Position numbers and translations under genes: made by a program. Positions 13,250 through 26,385 of a DNA stretch of 64,000 nt are shown piece after piece. Source of the stretch: Camelus dromedarius. Lineage: Eukaryota. Position 1 is the first letter of the stretch. Each line of letters opens with the position of its first letter. The DNA lies in the NCBI RefSeq assembly GCF_036321535.1, contig NC_087436.1, forward strand, positions 28,398,001 to 28,462,000, read 5' to 3'. Below the pieces are notes generated by a model. It had not been told where the DNA came from and did no database searches. It worked only from the letters and a program-made list of their open reading frames with translations.

Positions 13250-15735
13250 TGGAGTATTTTCCAGGATAAACCATATTAGACCACAAAACAAGTCTTAATA
13301 AATTTTAAAAGACTAAAATCATGTAAAATATATTTTCTGATCACAGTGGAATGGAACTAGAAATTAACAGCCGAAAGAAAACTGGAAAATTCACATATAT
13401 GTGGAAATTAATAACATATTCTTAAGCAACCAATGGGTCAAAGAGGAACACATGAAGGAAACTAGAAAATTATTGAGACAAATGAAAATAAAAACCTAAC
13501 ATACAAAAATATATGGGATGCAGTGAAAACAATGTTAAAAGGGAAATTTACAGCTATAAATATTTACATTAAAAAAAGAAAGACAAATCAGCAACTTAAG
13601 TTTACACCTTAAAGAAGTACCAAAAGTGCAAACTAAACCATACAAGAGGAAGGAAATAATAAAGATCAGTACAGAGGTAAATAAAGTAGAGAACAGAAAA
13701 ACAGTCAAGAAATCAATGAAACCAAGATTTTGTTCTTTGAAAATATCAACAAAATTGAAAAAAGCTTTAGCAAGGTTGTCTAAGAAAAATAGGTGGCAAA
13801 AATAACTAAAATCAGAAATGAAAGTGGGGGTATTACTACTAATTTTACAGAAATATGAAGGATTGTAAGAAAGTACTATGAATAGTTGTTATGTGAGCAA
13901 ATTGGATAACCTAGATGAAATGACCAAACTCCTAGACTCAAACAAATTACCAAAACTGAATCATGAACAAATGGAAAATCAGAAGAAATCTATATCTAGT
14001 AAAGGAGATTGGATCAATGAAAACTTTTCAGCAAAGAAAAGCCCAGGTTCAGATGGCTTCACTGGTAAATTCTATCAAACATTTAAAGAATCATTAACAC
14101 CAACTGTTTTCAAACTATTCTGAAAAACTGAAGAGGAGGAAACACTTATTGATTCATTGTAGGAGGCAAAAATCACCCTGATACCAAAGCCAGACAAAGA
14201 CGCTATAAGAAAAAGACTGAACTCAGTATCTCTGATGAATACTGATGTAAAAAACCTCAACAAAATACTAGCAAACAAATTCAACAACGCATTAAACTGA
14301 TTATACACCATGACCAAGTGGGATTTATTCCTAGACTGAAAAGATGATTCAACATAAAAAAATAATAATCAATCAATGCAAAGCACTTCATTAACAGAAA
14401 GAAAAAAAGGGGGGGGGGGGGAATACCACATATGATCATCTTAATTGATGCAGAATAAACATTTGACAAAATTCAATACCCTTTTGGGATTAAAAAAATT
14501 CAACAAAATAAGAATAGAAGAAACTACCTCAACATAATAAAGTCAATATATGAAAAATCCACAGCTACCTTCATGCTGAATGAAAGCTTTTCCTCTAAGA
14601 TCAGGGACAAGAAAAAGATGCTTGATTTTGTCAATTCTATTTAGCAGTATTGGATATCCTGTTCAGAGCAAGTAGGTAAGAAAGAAAAATAAAAGGCATC
14701 TAAGTTTGAAATAAAGAAGTAAAACTATATCTATTTACAGACAACGTGATCTTCCATGTAGAAGACCCTAAGGATTACAGAACCATTAGAACTAATAATA
14801 GACAACTTAGCAGAGTTACAGGATACAATCCACGCACAAAAATTGTTTCCATACACTAACAATTGTTGATGAAAATTCAATTAACAATAAGGTTAGGAAG
14901 AAATAAAAAAGGGAATTTTATCTGAGCCAAACTGAGGATTATAATCTGGGAGACAGACTCAGAAGCTCTGAGAACTGATCTGCCTGTTAGAAGTTGAAGG
15001 CACAGTCATATACATTTTTGAGACAAGGGATCATACATCAAAATGACATACTGATATTTTACATAAAATTCACCAAAGATAGTACAAGTAAACATCACAT
15101 CCAAAGTGAAAAGTAAGTCACTATAACCCGCTACACAGTTGGGAAAGAATGCTATTTTAAGAAGTCATTGCTAGCAAAAGAAGAAAGGAAAAGAAAGATG
15201 TTTATGGTCTATATGGTCAAGCAGGCATTCTCATTTTTGTTGAGGTCTAGTTAATGTGTAATTCAGATGCATACTTTCCATTAGGGAGAGAGGGGGAGAG
15301 GGAGAAGGCCCAAATAGACACAGAGAAAATTTTGTGTTCACATTTTCTTGTTCTGCCTTAAAGTATACATTTTATTTTACCATAGTGAACTATTGGAAAA
15401 AGAAATTCAGAAAACAATTCAATCTATAATAGCATCAAAAACAATAAAATACTTAGGAATAAACTTAACCAACTTAAATAAGCCGTGGGGATGTAATGTA
15501 CCACATGGTGACTCTGGTTAGTAATACTGTATTACATATTTGAAAGTTGCTAAGAGAGTAAATCTTAAAAGTCCTCATCATAAGAAAAAAAAAATCTGTA
15601 ACTATGTAAGAGACCAGATGTTAACAAGACTTATTGCGGTGGTCATTTCACAGTATATGCAAATGTCAAATCAGTATGCTGTAGGCCTAAAATTAATATA
15701 ATGTTATATATCCATTATGCTTCAATGAAAAAGAA
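13250..15735 (+). mobile_element. L1 (end of endonuclease through RT, then 3' UTR), internally deleted and interrupted by an LTR
   Basis: ORF 13878..14123 KLDNLDEM...KKSPGSDGFTGKFYQTFKE is ORF2 Z-domain; YLFTDNVIFHVEDP (~14728-14770) is the decayed RT FADD motif; YLGINLT (~15450) joins an L1MA9-like 3' UTR ending in an A-tail. Confidence 0.93.
14864..15382 (-). mobile_element. ERV1-class solo LTR inserted in L1 ORF2
   Basis: TG...CA termini; L1 sequence 'atacactaacaat|gaactat' resumes on the far side; degenerate 4-bp duplication caat/tagt; strand inferred. Confidence 0.8.
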
Positions 15736-16260
15736 GAAATACAAATAGCCATTATGTGTATAAAAAGAGAAAAATCTCTTAGTAATCAAAGACATTCCAA
15801 TTATAAGAATAAAATGAAAGTGATAAAAAAATTCAGGAAGATGAAAAGTTTATAACTTTGAGTACTATATATTGACATTTATGAGTGTTGAAGTGGAATG
15901 TTACATTCATGGCTGAAAGAGAAGAGTACCATGGCCTGATGTGAGAAACTCGTGCTACATTTTGGACATACTGGTCATATTTCACTTAAAATGTCAGTAC
16001 CAGTTGACATTCTATCCAGGAGCATAATAAAGTGTTAAGACAACACCCGTTCTTTTACTGAGTGAGTAAACTTCTATACACATGTCCTAATAGATATATG
16101 AATACAAATTTCTATATATATATATAGCATCTTCATTAGTGGTTCCATCCATGTTATAGTAAAATTTTATAAAATGTTATTATAGTAAAAAAAATCTAGA
16201 GAATGTACATCTTATATATAACAAAGAAAGGTAAATTGTGATTTGGTATATGAAAAAGAC
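15736..16260 (+). mobile_element. Older L1 (L1ME-like) ORF2 C-terminus/3' relic
   Basis: 'gaagaaatacaaatagcc...ttagtaatcaaagacattccaatt' is a degenerate form of the L1 EDIQMA..LVIREMQI region. Confidence 0.5.
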
Positions 16261-16869
16261 TGCGCAGTGTTTGTGCCTATGAAGCCAGCAATAGTGCCTC
16301 TGTCAACATCTGACCATTAGCCCTCTAACCAAAGTAGGGAAATCCAACTTCGAGGCCAGATTTTGAGTACTGATCATGCTGTTCCACCAGTGCCTCTTAC
16401 CTCTAATTATAGCACATGTTTTTTCAAATACAATTCAGTTTACCTATATGCCTCGCTTTCTCTCAAAACAATATTTTTCCAACTCCTTGAAACTGCTGTG
16501 TCTCTAAATCTTGTAATTCAGCTAAATGGTAGTTGTTGAACTTTGTCTAAGTAAAGGTCCATTATGGCAGTTTTATCTCAAAGAAATTGCCTACAGCTAA
16601 CAATAGAATAAATTTTGTACTCTATGAAACACGAAAATGCTGAAAACCTTAGTATTGATATATCTTGCCATTTCTACTATGTTTGTTGATATTTCAGGAC
16701 ACTAGGAACTAGTTTTTCACCCATAACCCCAGCTCTAAATACCAGGTGCATCCCAGTCTCAAATAATCTTGCAGATTGATAGTGGCTTCTTAGTCCTGAG
16801 ATCAGTATACCGGCAAACCCTTAAGGATGTCTCCTCAGTTAATATTGACCCAACTGAAAAAAATCTTCA

Positions 16870-17510
16870 TTTCTAATCATCATCATTCTTAGATCTGACT
16901 GGGGTATGGCCAACCACACCAAATAGTCTAAGAGTGAGAGATGGCCAACCATATGATTTAGGGTGTAGGCTCTGGGCTAAGTGATATCAGCCCCTCCACC
17001 AGGAGAGAGAGCACTGGAGTCTGAGTTCATCATGTGGGCCATCAACCATGCCTATGAAATGAGGCTTCAATAAAAATGCTGGACATCTTGGCTCAAAATG
17101 AGTTTCTGAGATTGAAAATTTTTCGTGGATATTGTCACACATCAATGCCAGGAGTAAGGTATCTTGAAGACAATGATAACTTCCATTTGGAATCCTTCTG
17201 GATTCTTCCCTATGTGTCTTTCCATGGCTAAATTCAGTGTATATTTTCCCTCTAATAAATATAAATGTGAGTATGATAGGTTTCAATGAGTTGAGTGTTC
17301 TAAGACTTACTAGTAAATCATTAAGAGTGTTTTTAGGAAACTTCAAAACTTGAAGTTGGTGTCAGAAGTTAGAGTGACCGTTTGTGGACTCTCCTCTAAC
17401 TACGTGGTTGAAGCTTTACTCCTTGCAGCTGGGGTTAGTAGTCTTTGGCAGACCTTGCTGCCTGGAGGATGTGCCCTTATCTTCATAATTTGGTGAACTC
17501 CAAAGTGAGA
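16870..17510 (+). mobile_element. MER21C-like LTR
   Basis: 'atcaaccatgcctatgaaatgagg..caataaaaatgctggaca...tattgtcacacatcaatgccagg...ttgaagttggtgtcagaagt' MER21-family motifs. Confidence 0.75.
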
Positions 17511-19534
17511 CTCGTATTTGTAATTCAGTCCTGTGTCCTACAAATATGAAGGGGAAGCCTGGAGTTTAAAATGAAGTGTAAGAAGGGGTCAGGAAGAGGA
17601 ATCTCCATTAGGTTGAAATATTACTTAAGATGATGACCACTAGACTGGATGGTGGTAAATATGAAGGGGAGTGGTGCCAGAGGTATTGCTGGATCTGAAG
17701 TACTTGATATCTTTGTGAATAGTCACCCTATTACATGAGATGATATTTTACTATGAGAGATGTGGCTAATATCAGCAAATACAGAGAAAAAAAATATATA
17801 CATACACACAGGAATTGCTAAGGAGGAAGTGGGAAAAGGTAATAATGACAGATAAACCCTAAATGTTTACCTTAAGCCACTGAATCTATTTAAATAGAAA
17901 ATAAATTTTGGTCTAAATTTTGAGAATAGCTAAGTGTATCTTCCCTTCCACTCACCAATTTTTTTTTCCACCAGGAGAGGTGAAGGGCATCTTCTGGCCA
18001 TACCAATAAATGCCTTCACTTTGGAAGGTGCAAAGAATTCCATGCTCTAGAAAAGCTGAGAGGGTTGAGTACTTGCCCCAGAACCACTGGTGTCATCACA
18101 GATCTGGCCTTGTTTCAGTGAACCTAGGTGCTCACCCACACATATGAGTAACGGTGATTAATGCAGCTTGTCAGAGTTATCTGTAAGTCCTGTTTCTATA
18201 GCTACTCCTTCAGAAAGCTGTTCTTAGGTGAACATATAGGAAATCTGTATTTCCATATAGGAAGTCTATAAAAGGATGTCTTCAAGGAGGAAAGACTTGT
18301 CTGAGTGGATGAATTCAGACAAGTTTTGCCTTTGGCAACGAATTTTACCATTTCAGGTAAAGAAGAGTGTCTTTAAATATTTATAGTTTTCCATTCAGTG
18401 AGTTTCAAATGTCTCCCACTGCAGTGTACTGGGAATATCAAAGAGCTAACAAGGCAGCCCTGCTCAGGGAGAGCTTTTGCCTAGAGAACACTATCATCAT
18501 TGAACCACAACTTCAACAAACAAGGACAAGCTTTGCATGTAGCAGATGGACAACCTTGCATAGCGTGGCTGTGCAGTCACTTGATAGGACTTCTAGATGG
18601 TCTTCAATTGATTCACTTTGTAAATTTTATCTATTTATTGAGTCAGGCACTGTCCTAGACCCTGGAGATACGACACCAGGAAAAAAAAACACACACACAC
18701 AAAACATTTTCTTGGGAGCTTACAATCTAGTGGAGAAGGCAGATGAAAGAGAGAAAGAGGGAAAGAAAGAATGGGCAAAAGAGAGAGAGGTAGGGGAAGA
18801 AAAGAGGAGCGATAATGAAGGTTCAAGAGGGAGGAAATGTGCAATAGTGATTAAGAAGAGAAAGGAAAGGAAGTAGAAGTGTGGGGGCAGGGATAAAAGT
18901 TTAGATAGGGCGGGCCAGGGACCTTTTTTTGTTCACACTCTACTTCACTCCTGGCCTTTTATCTGGATAGTTTATTCCAGGGCAGCTAGGCTGGCTTGAC
19001 TTTGCCTCAGAAGACCCTTCTTATTGGGATGGCATAAAGTGGAATCTGTCCACAATTTTGAGGCTCACTGCAACACAAATTAATGATAGGAAGGATGACA
19101 ATATTGAGTAGAGATCAACAGTTGTAGACTGGTATTCACATTATAAGGAGATGTAGCTGCAATAAATGGCAAATGAAAGTAAAACAAGGCCAAACCTCTA
19201 ACTTTAGAATACAAGGAAGCTCTACTTATTTGTAATACAAAGATGATTTCAAAAGATTCTTTCATGTCTGCGTTTTAGAGCTAATTATTAGTGTTGTGCA
19301 TCAGACCGAAGGGTAATGACACCGAGAAAGAACTTGGTGAGATGGAGGAGGGTGCTGGTTCCTGTCCAGGCTCAGGGTTGATCACATCTGCTGTTTGGGG
19401 AGATGGGCAGAGAGTGTGACAATGCACATGTAAGTCAGAAAACTCACATGACTTAGCATAGAAGAGCAGACTCCTTTATGCCCCAAGGACTGGAGTAGAA
19501 TTCTGCAAATGAGGTTTGGGGCAAAATAGAAGTG

Positions 19535-19578
19535 CATGCACGCGTGCACACACAGACACACACACACACACACACACA
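19535..19578 (+). repeat. Interrupted (CA)n / RY microsatellite
   Basis: Directly visible. Confidence 0.85.
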
Positions 19579-19869
19579 AAACTGTCAGTGGCTGTAAGAA
19601 GCAACTAGACCTTGGTCTTTCTTTTGACCATGGATTTCTTTTGACAGGTAAAAATCTGTAATTTGTCCAACTGGTCTTCAAAAGAGATAATTCTCTAGAC
19701 AAGGGAAGCCCTTAACTTGCATGTGAAAAAATCAAGCAACTGCAGACAATGTACTCCTTTGCTGCATCTTAGCTATGCTCTTAAAGCTGTTTAATAAGTT
19801 GAATTCTTTTACCTTTTGCTTAAAGAAAACTCGTAGAAAAGCTGTGAGCCTCAGAGCACCAAATTGTTT

Positions 19870-20115
19870 TCACCTCAAGGCATTTGTTTGAAATTCTATT
19901 TCCACTCCCTCTCTCAGTACCTTTCAATGTCACCACCAAAGACGATCTTCCCTGGTTATTAAATAAGACACCTTACTGCCTCTCCCTATCCCTTTACCTT
20001 GCTGCTCGCTCTTCTGTACCACACCTAGCAGTATAGTATATATTTGTCTGTTTATTTTATTCCTTTCCTTCTAGAAGGTTAAGCTCCACACTGAGAGCAA
20101 AGCCCAACACCTAGC
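19870..20115 (+). mobile_element. L2 3' fragment
   Basis: 'ctcaaggcatttg...aatgtcacc...ctagaaggttaagctccac..gagagc...caacacctagca' L2 tail motifs. Confidence 0.55.
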
Positions 20116-20732
20116 AGGAAAAGATTTCTTCTCTAAATCAGTAAGCAAAATCCTGTACTCAGTAAATTCTCCACATCAGTCAAGTAAGGGTTTTGGAGCA
20201 TGCTTGTGTGTAGGAGCATCATAAACATAACAAATATTCAGAATTTCTACTGGTGCATCATAGATCTTAGGAAAATATTTTCAAATTAGTACTCATATTG
20301 TAGGTAAACTACCCATAATTTTATAAATCTTAGAGAAAACACATTTTTTTCCCAGGTAGTAGGATCTCTTGGGTTTTCCAACCCCATAATAACAGATAAC
20401 AAACAAAATCAGAAAATACAAAAAAGCCAACTCTAAGGAAATACTGATTGTCTTTTCTTTATTGTGGAGTCAGTGTTTGCTTAGTCCTCCATGGTGTTTC
20501 AGAAAGAGTATTGCATACAAGGATAGATAATGAGTGGAAATACTTTAGAAATATTGCACAGTGTCCCCAGTTTTATGATTTTCGTATAAACTTAAGAATG
20601 TGTAAAGATCATCTTAACATTTTAATTTTATTCTTCATTCAAGTTTATTTTTAGTTAGTAAATAATTATTTTCAGATGATCTGTGATAATCAGTTTGTAC
20701 TGCCTTTCTTTAGGAAGATTTGAAAGTTATCT

Positions 20733-22447
20733 CTTTTTTTTAAAGTTTATTTTTTAGAGCAGTTTTAATTTTATAACAAGATTAGGAGGAAGATAAGAGA
20801 GATTTCCTATTTACCCCTGACCCATGCTCCTACTTGCACAGCCTCCCCCATAATCAACATAATTCATCAGAAAGGTGCATTTTTTAACAAGGATGAACCT
20901 ATATTAACACATCAGAATCTCCCAAAGTTCATAGCTTACCATAGGGGTCACAGTGTTATGCACTCTGTGGGTTTGGAAAATGTATAATGACATATATCCA
21001 TCATTATAATTTCCTTTAGAGTATTTTCACTGCCCTAAGAATCCTCCATGCTCTGCCCATTCATCCTCCCATTTTTTTTCTTTATCGTCACTGATATTTT
21101 TACTGTCTCCACAGTTCTGCCTTTTCTGGAATGTCATACAGTTGGAATCATATAATATGTAGCCTGTTCAGATGGGCTTCTTTCACTTAGTAGTATGCAT
21201 TTAAGTTTGCTTCATGTCTTTTCGTAGCCTAATAGCTCATTTCTTTTTTAGTGCTGAATAATATTCCATTGTCTGAATCTACCACAGTTTATCCACTCAC
21301 CTACCTAAAAGCATCTTAGTTGCTTCCAAGTTTTGGCAAATATGAATAAAGCTTGCTATAAACATCCATGTGCAGGTTTTTGTGTAGACATACACATTCA
21401 ACTCTTTTGGGTAAATATCAAGGAGTATGACTGCTGGATTGTGTGGTAAGAGTATGTTAGCTTTTTAAGAAACCACAAAACAGTCTTCTACTCTGGCTGT
21501 ACCATTGTGCATTCCCACCAACAGTGTACCAGGTGTGATGTCTACCCACATCCTTACCAGCATTTGGTGCTGTCAGTGTTCTGGAATTGTCCATTCTAAC
21601 AGGAGTGTGGTGGTATCTCATTGTTATTTTGATTTTCATTTCCCTAATGATACATGATGTATGGCATCTTTTCATATACTTATTTGCCATTTGTATGTCT
21701 TCTTTGATGAGGTGTCCATTAAAGTCTTTGACTCTTTTAAAATCAGATTGTTCTCTTAATGTTGAATTTTAAAAATCCTTTGTATATTTTGGGTAATAGT
21801 CCTTTATCAGATGTGTCATTCACCAATATTTTCTCCCAGCCTGTTACTTGTCTTCTTGTTTTCTTAACATCATCTTTCACAAAGCAGAAGTTTCTAATTT
21901 TAGTGAAGTCCAGTTTATCAATTATTTCTTTCATAGTTTGTGTCTTTGCTGTTGAATCTAAAAAGTAAACACTATGCTTAAGGCCATTAGCTTTTCTCCT
22001 AAGTTATCTTCTAGGAGATTTATAGATTTACATTTTACATTTAGGTCTGTGATCCATTTTGAGTTAATTTTTGTTAAGGGTGTTAGGTCCATGTTCACAG
22101 TCATTATCTACTTATTTATTTTTTGCATTTGGATGTCCATTTATTCCAGTATCACTTGCTGAAGAGACTATCTTTGCTCCATTGCATTGCCTTTGCTCTT
22201 TTTGTCAAAGGTCATTGACTATATTTATGTGGGTCTATTTCTAGACTCTGTGCTGTTGTATTGTTCTATTTGTCTACTCCTTTGCCTGTACCACACTGCT
22301 TTAATTGCTTTAGCTTTATAATAAAGCTTGAAGTTGAGCAGTGTCCGTCCTCCAACTTTGTTCTTCTCCTCTCATGTTGTGTTGGATAGTCTGCATCTTA
22401 TGCCTTTCCTATAAACTTTAGAATCAGTATGTCAGTATTCACAAAAT
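20733..22447 (-). mobile_element. 5'-truncated L1MC1/2-like LINE
   Basis: ORFs 21457..21690 and 21743..21934 (-) translate to L1 ORF2 C-terminus ([46 protein letters not shown]); antisense L1MC-type 3' UTR 'tttattttttagagcagtttta'. Confidence 0.93.
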
Positions 22448-23195
22448 AAAGGTTGCTATTTCTTATATCTGAAACATTCAAGTATTAGTATTTTCCAGTG
22501 TCATGCAGCTATGTCAGCCAACATTGTTCCTTTAGAGTAATCTGATATTTATGTGTATAGCTTTCTATGAGATAATTTTTAGTTATTTTCCATTTACATA
22601 AGAATATTGTAGTCTCAGTGCCATGTATGCTTTAGTACAATATAATTTGTCTTACAAATCTGAAGTTTTATAGTTCATCTTTTGGGAGAAATAAACTTCA
22701 TGAATCTTATTTATTTATGTGTGTAGTTTTTGAGGTATCAAGACATTTGTGGCCTTTTATGGTTAGCCTGACTCCTACTCTATGTAAGGAGATCAATGAA
22801 CTGTGCCAATAAAAATTGTGTTAGACTTGTAAATAGAGAGTCATTGACTAGAATAGACAAGGCCTGACACCTAAGCCTCCACAGGGTTGGGAAAGACAAG
22901 TTGAGTCAGTTATACATAAATATGTTAAGAGAAGAGCTCTTACAACAGCATTATGCTACCTTGACATTTTTTTTTTAATCTTACTTTCTCTTCATTCATA
23001 AGTTTTCCAGGTCTGTATCAAACATTCCTGCTAAAGGAATTCCTGATGATGCAGTTAGAGGTATTTTTGTGTGCCCATATTAGAGAGACTAAGTCACTTA
23101 CTTTTTAAATACCCTGACAGTTTATGTATTTCTTAAACCAATGATCACTTGGCATTAATGATATCTCTGTGTACAAATAATCAATGATCTCTCTC

Positions 23196-23563
23196 AAATA
23201 TATATATAAAGAATTGGTTTGTGCAGTTATGGGGGTTTCAGCTCAAGACTTGGCAGGCTTGAGACCCAAGAGCTGATGATAGAGTTTGAGACCAAAAGCA
23301 GGAAAAATCCAATGTCTTAGCTCAAGGTAGTCAGGTAGGAGGAGTTCTCTATTACTCACAGGAGAGTCAACCAGATATTCTATTCAGGCCTTCAACTGAT
23401 TGGATGAGGCCCACCCTCATTAAGAACAGCAATCAGCTTTACTCAGTTTGTTTACTTATTCAAAGATTAATCTCATCCCCAACATCCCCACAGAATAGTT
23501 TTTGATCAAATAGCTGGTCATCCTTTGACCTGGCCAAGTTGACACATAAAATTAGGTATCACA
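23196..23563 (-). mobile_element. MLT2 (ERVL) LTR, partial
   Basis: 'tctattcaggccttcaactgattggatgaggcccacc...gccaagttgacacataaaatt..atcaca' is antisense MLT2. Confidence 0.85.
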
Positions 23564-25229
23564 CAAAGTAATTGACATTTTTTATGAATAATTTTCACAC
23601 TGTTCACATAGATTATGATGCTTAGACATCTCTTCCCTGAATAAAATATGCCCCTTCTCCTTTCATTACCTCATGCTGGATGACTTTCCTTATTCCTCAC
23701 ACTTTCACCCCTACCAAAGAATAGCCAAAAGAGATCTTTTTGAATTATTAGTAAATCTGGGTTTTGTGGTTATTGTCTTTAAAAACTCATAGTGTTTCCA
23801 AAATAAATGATCTGTTTTTGCTACTTGATAAGAACTACAAATCTCTGAAAAACTTGGAACTACTTATTTCACTTGATATATCTGAGAGCTTCATGTTGCA
23901 TATAGGCATTTTTTTTTACTTATTTACATCACTATATTCATTTTTATAAATTCACTTTTTTCTTTTGCATAAACATGAAATGTGCCTTTCAATCCATATT
24001 GTGTATCTTCTACTTTTATGAAGGCAATTGTGTGGGTGAGGAAAGACAGATAAGCTAGACAGCTATTTTTCAAAGAAAGAAGTGACAGTCTTTTGTTCTG
24101 GAATGCCATTTGCATGTATGAGATATTTTCTGATGTGTCTATCAGAGCATGTTAGCAGTATGCTGTTCCATATTTCAGAGTGTGCCTGTATTTCTCATTT
24201 CTGATGACCTTCTGACATGGCCTTTATGGGATTTAAAGGAAAAGCTCTCAACCTCTCCATCATCCTAGTGGCTGGTATTTGTAAAAACAGGGAAACATGG
24301 GAAAAATAAAAGTAAAAATTGGGCATTTGTGCAGTGAATTTAGGAAGAGGAAGATAACATAAATGGATAAGGCTTGATTGTTTTCAGGTCAGGGTCTAAC
24401 CATTGAGTGGAAAACTTGTAAAAATTTAATAATAGAACCATAGTTACTTTAATTGTGGAGATTATCTACCTCCAAATTCACCAGATGTTGAAGATTTAAC
24501 TGTGTGTAGGGCATACTAATTGAGCAAGATTTAATATCATTGCCTTGTATTTAATTAATTGAATAATTATTTTTCAAATAATTTCTCTTATGGAGGAATG
24601 TTAAGTTGGAATTTTTTTTTTTCTTTTTCATCTTGGAAAACTATTGCCCATCAAGATAGGAGAAACTAAAATTGCAGGACTTTTTTTTTTTTTCTTTTAC
24701 TTTTCCTCCCAGTTTAACCTTTCAGTTTTGAGTAGCTTCATTACTGAGGATGTCTTTTGCCTACCATCTCTGTTTTCAACCAGCAACAGCTCAAAAAAAC
24801 AAAATCATAACAAATAGTTTGTATCCTCTGCCCGTGATTTAGGGGCACTATTCTTTTGGGGCTGCATATCTTGGACCATCCATGGTTTGAATGGTTTCAT
24901 AATCTCCCATCTTCGGGAAAATATATAACTCAAAATGTTACTGTGCACTCATGACAATGTGATTTCCCATTGGCACATTCCCTGCTTCCACAATGGGTGC
25001 AGTTAATGACTTTATTCTAACTCTCTTTTTAAAGAATAAAATCCACCCATCCTAATTTCAAATCTATGCTTGTTTGTTTTACAATGTAAAAGTTTTTAAA
25101 ATATTTATGAAGGAACTAATTATCATATAGTGAAGCAGAATGGACAGAATGTCATAAATCAGATTTAGAAAATCTGGGTCACATCCTAGCTTAATCTAAT
25201 TTTTCCTAAGGACTTACTTTATTTTTAAT

Positions 25230-26385
25230 GATCATTGGCCACACACCATCCACTAATGCCATCCAGTTAATTTGCAAGTGCGTTTCATTGTCTAAAATGA
25301 TGCTCAACACAGACTACTCTAAACGCCTGCATGTTGAATTGGCACATAATTGTCTTTGCAAATAAATACAAGCAGATATTGTAGATATTGGTACTGTCTT
25401 AACCCTCTAAATTATATATCAACACTGTTTATCAGGGTTTGAAATACTCAGTTTTATTTTAAAAATTCCTACATATTTCTGCTCTTATGTAAAGCAGCTG
25501 ACATGTGATTAACATTCTCTCCCCTTTGTTATTAAGCATTACAGTTGTAAAAGCAGTAAAGTCAATGTGGCTGAAAGTCATTATAGTGTGCCTTACACCA
25601 CCTTGTTTTACCTATGTATAAATGATAAAAGAGAAATGACACATAAAACTGATTCCTTAATATGTGGCTATTTTAATTTCACCATGGACTTCAGTCCCTA
25701 AAAGTTATTTTAAACTCCAGAAGAAACACTAAAATAACCTATAATTATTTTTGCTACTAACATTATCTTTACCTCTCTTTTTAACATTCTTATAAACTGA
25801 AGAATAAAATTGGCACAGTGTGTAAACATGTTAGACTTCCTTTTTAAATGCATCACTCTACACAATTTACAATTTTCCTTTTACTGTGATTGACAATGCA
25901 CTGTGCCTTATAAGAAGCGCCCTGCATTCTTAAGACATCTAATTTTTCAAGCTGCACAAATGCTATACAAAATTGTTTGAACATTTTCACACCATAGCTC
26001 CCTTGTTTCTAGAATTGTTTTAAAAGAATGAAGGGTAAGCCCACAGAACATTGCTTGTAAAGCATAGCTTTGCACTCTAATTATGTATAACTCTACATAT
26101 ATCCGTAATTTTTGGATTAGATGTTACCTGAACAATAAAAAAGACATTATTTGGAAGGCTCGTTACAGACTATAGTTATGAAGTCTGCCCTTTGATTAAT
26201 GAAAAGATTCAGTGTTTTTAGATCTTGTCACTATTTGTGCCTCTGCCCCTTCACTTACAAGCTGGTTGACATAGTTCTTCAATTACAGCTACCTTGTTTT
26301 TAATTGCTGCTTGTCAAACTGATTGATTGTTGTCAATTTCTAACAGTCAGCAGCAACGCTTCAGTGCTTCATGTCACGAATCAGT
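25230..26385. promoter_or_regulatory. Candidate conserved non-coding element with TALE/HOX/TCF motif cluster
   Basis: Repeat-free; CTTTGAT overlapping TGATTAAT (26190-26200), TGATTGAT (26320-26327), five TGACA/TGTCA sites in 26226-26376. Conservation not tested. Confidence 0.45.

Noticed and set aside
13878..14123. Reverse-transcriptase-associated ORF as an active element or retron-like system
   Set aside because: Ordinary L1 ORF2 relic with stops, frameshifts, decayed catalytic motif (FTDN) and an LTR insertion
18367..18876. Longest ORF in the track (169 aa)
   Set aside because: GTG start, no recognisable domain, runs through an antisense L2-like fragment and a purine-rich low-complexity tract
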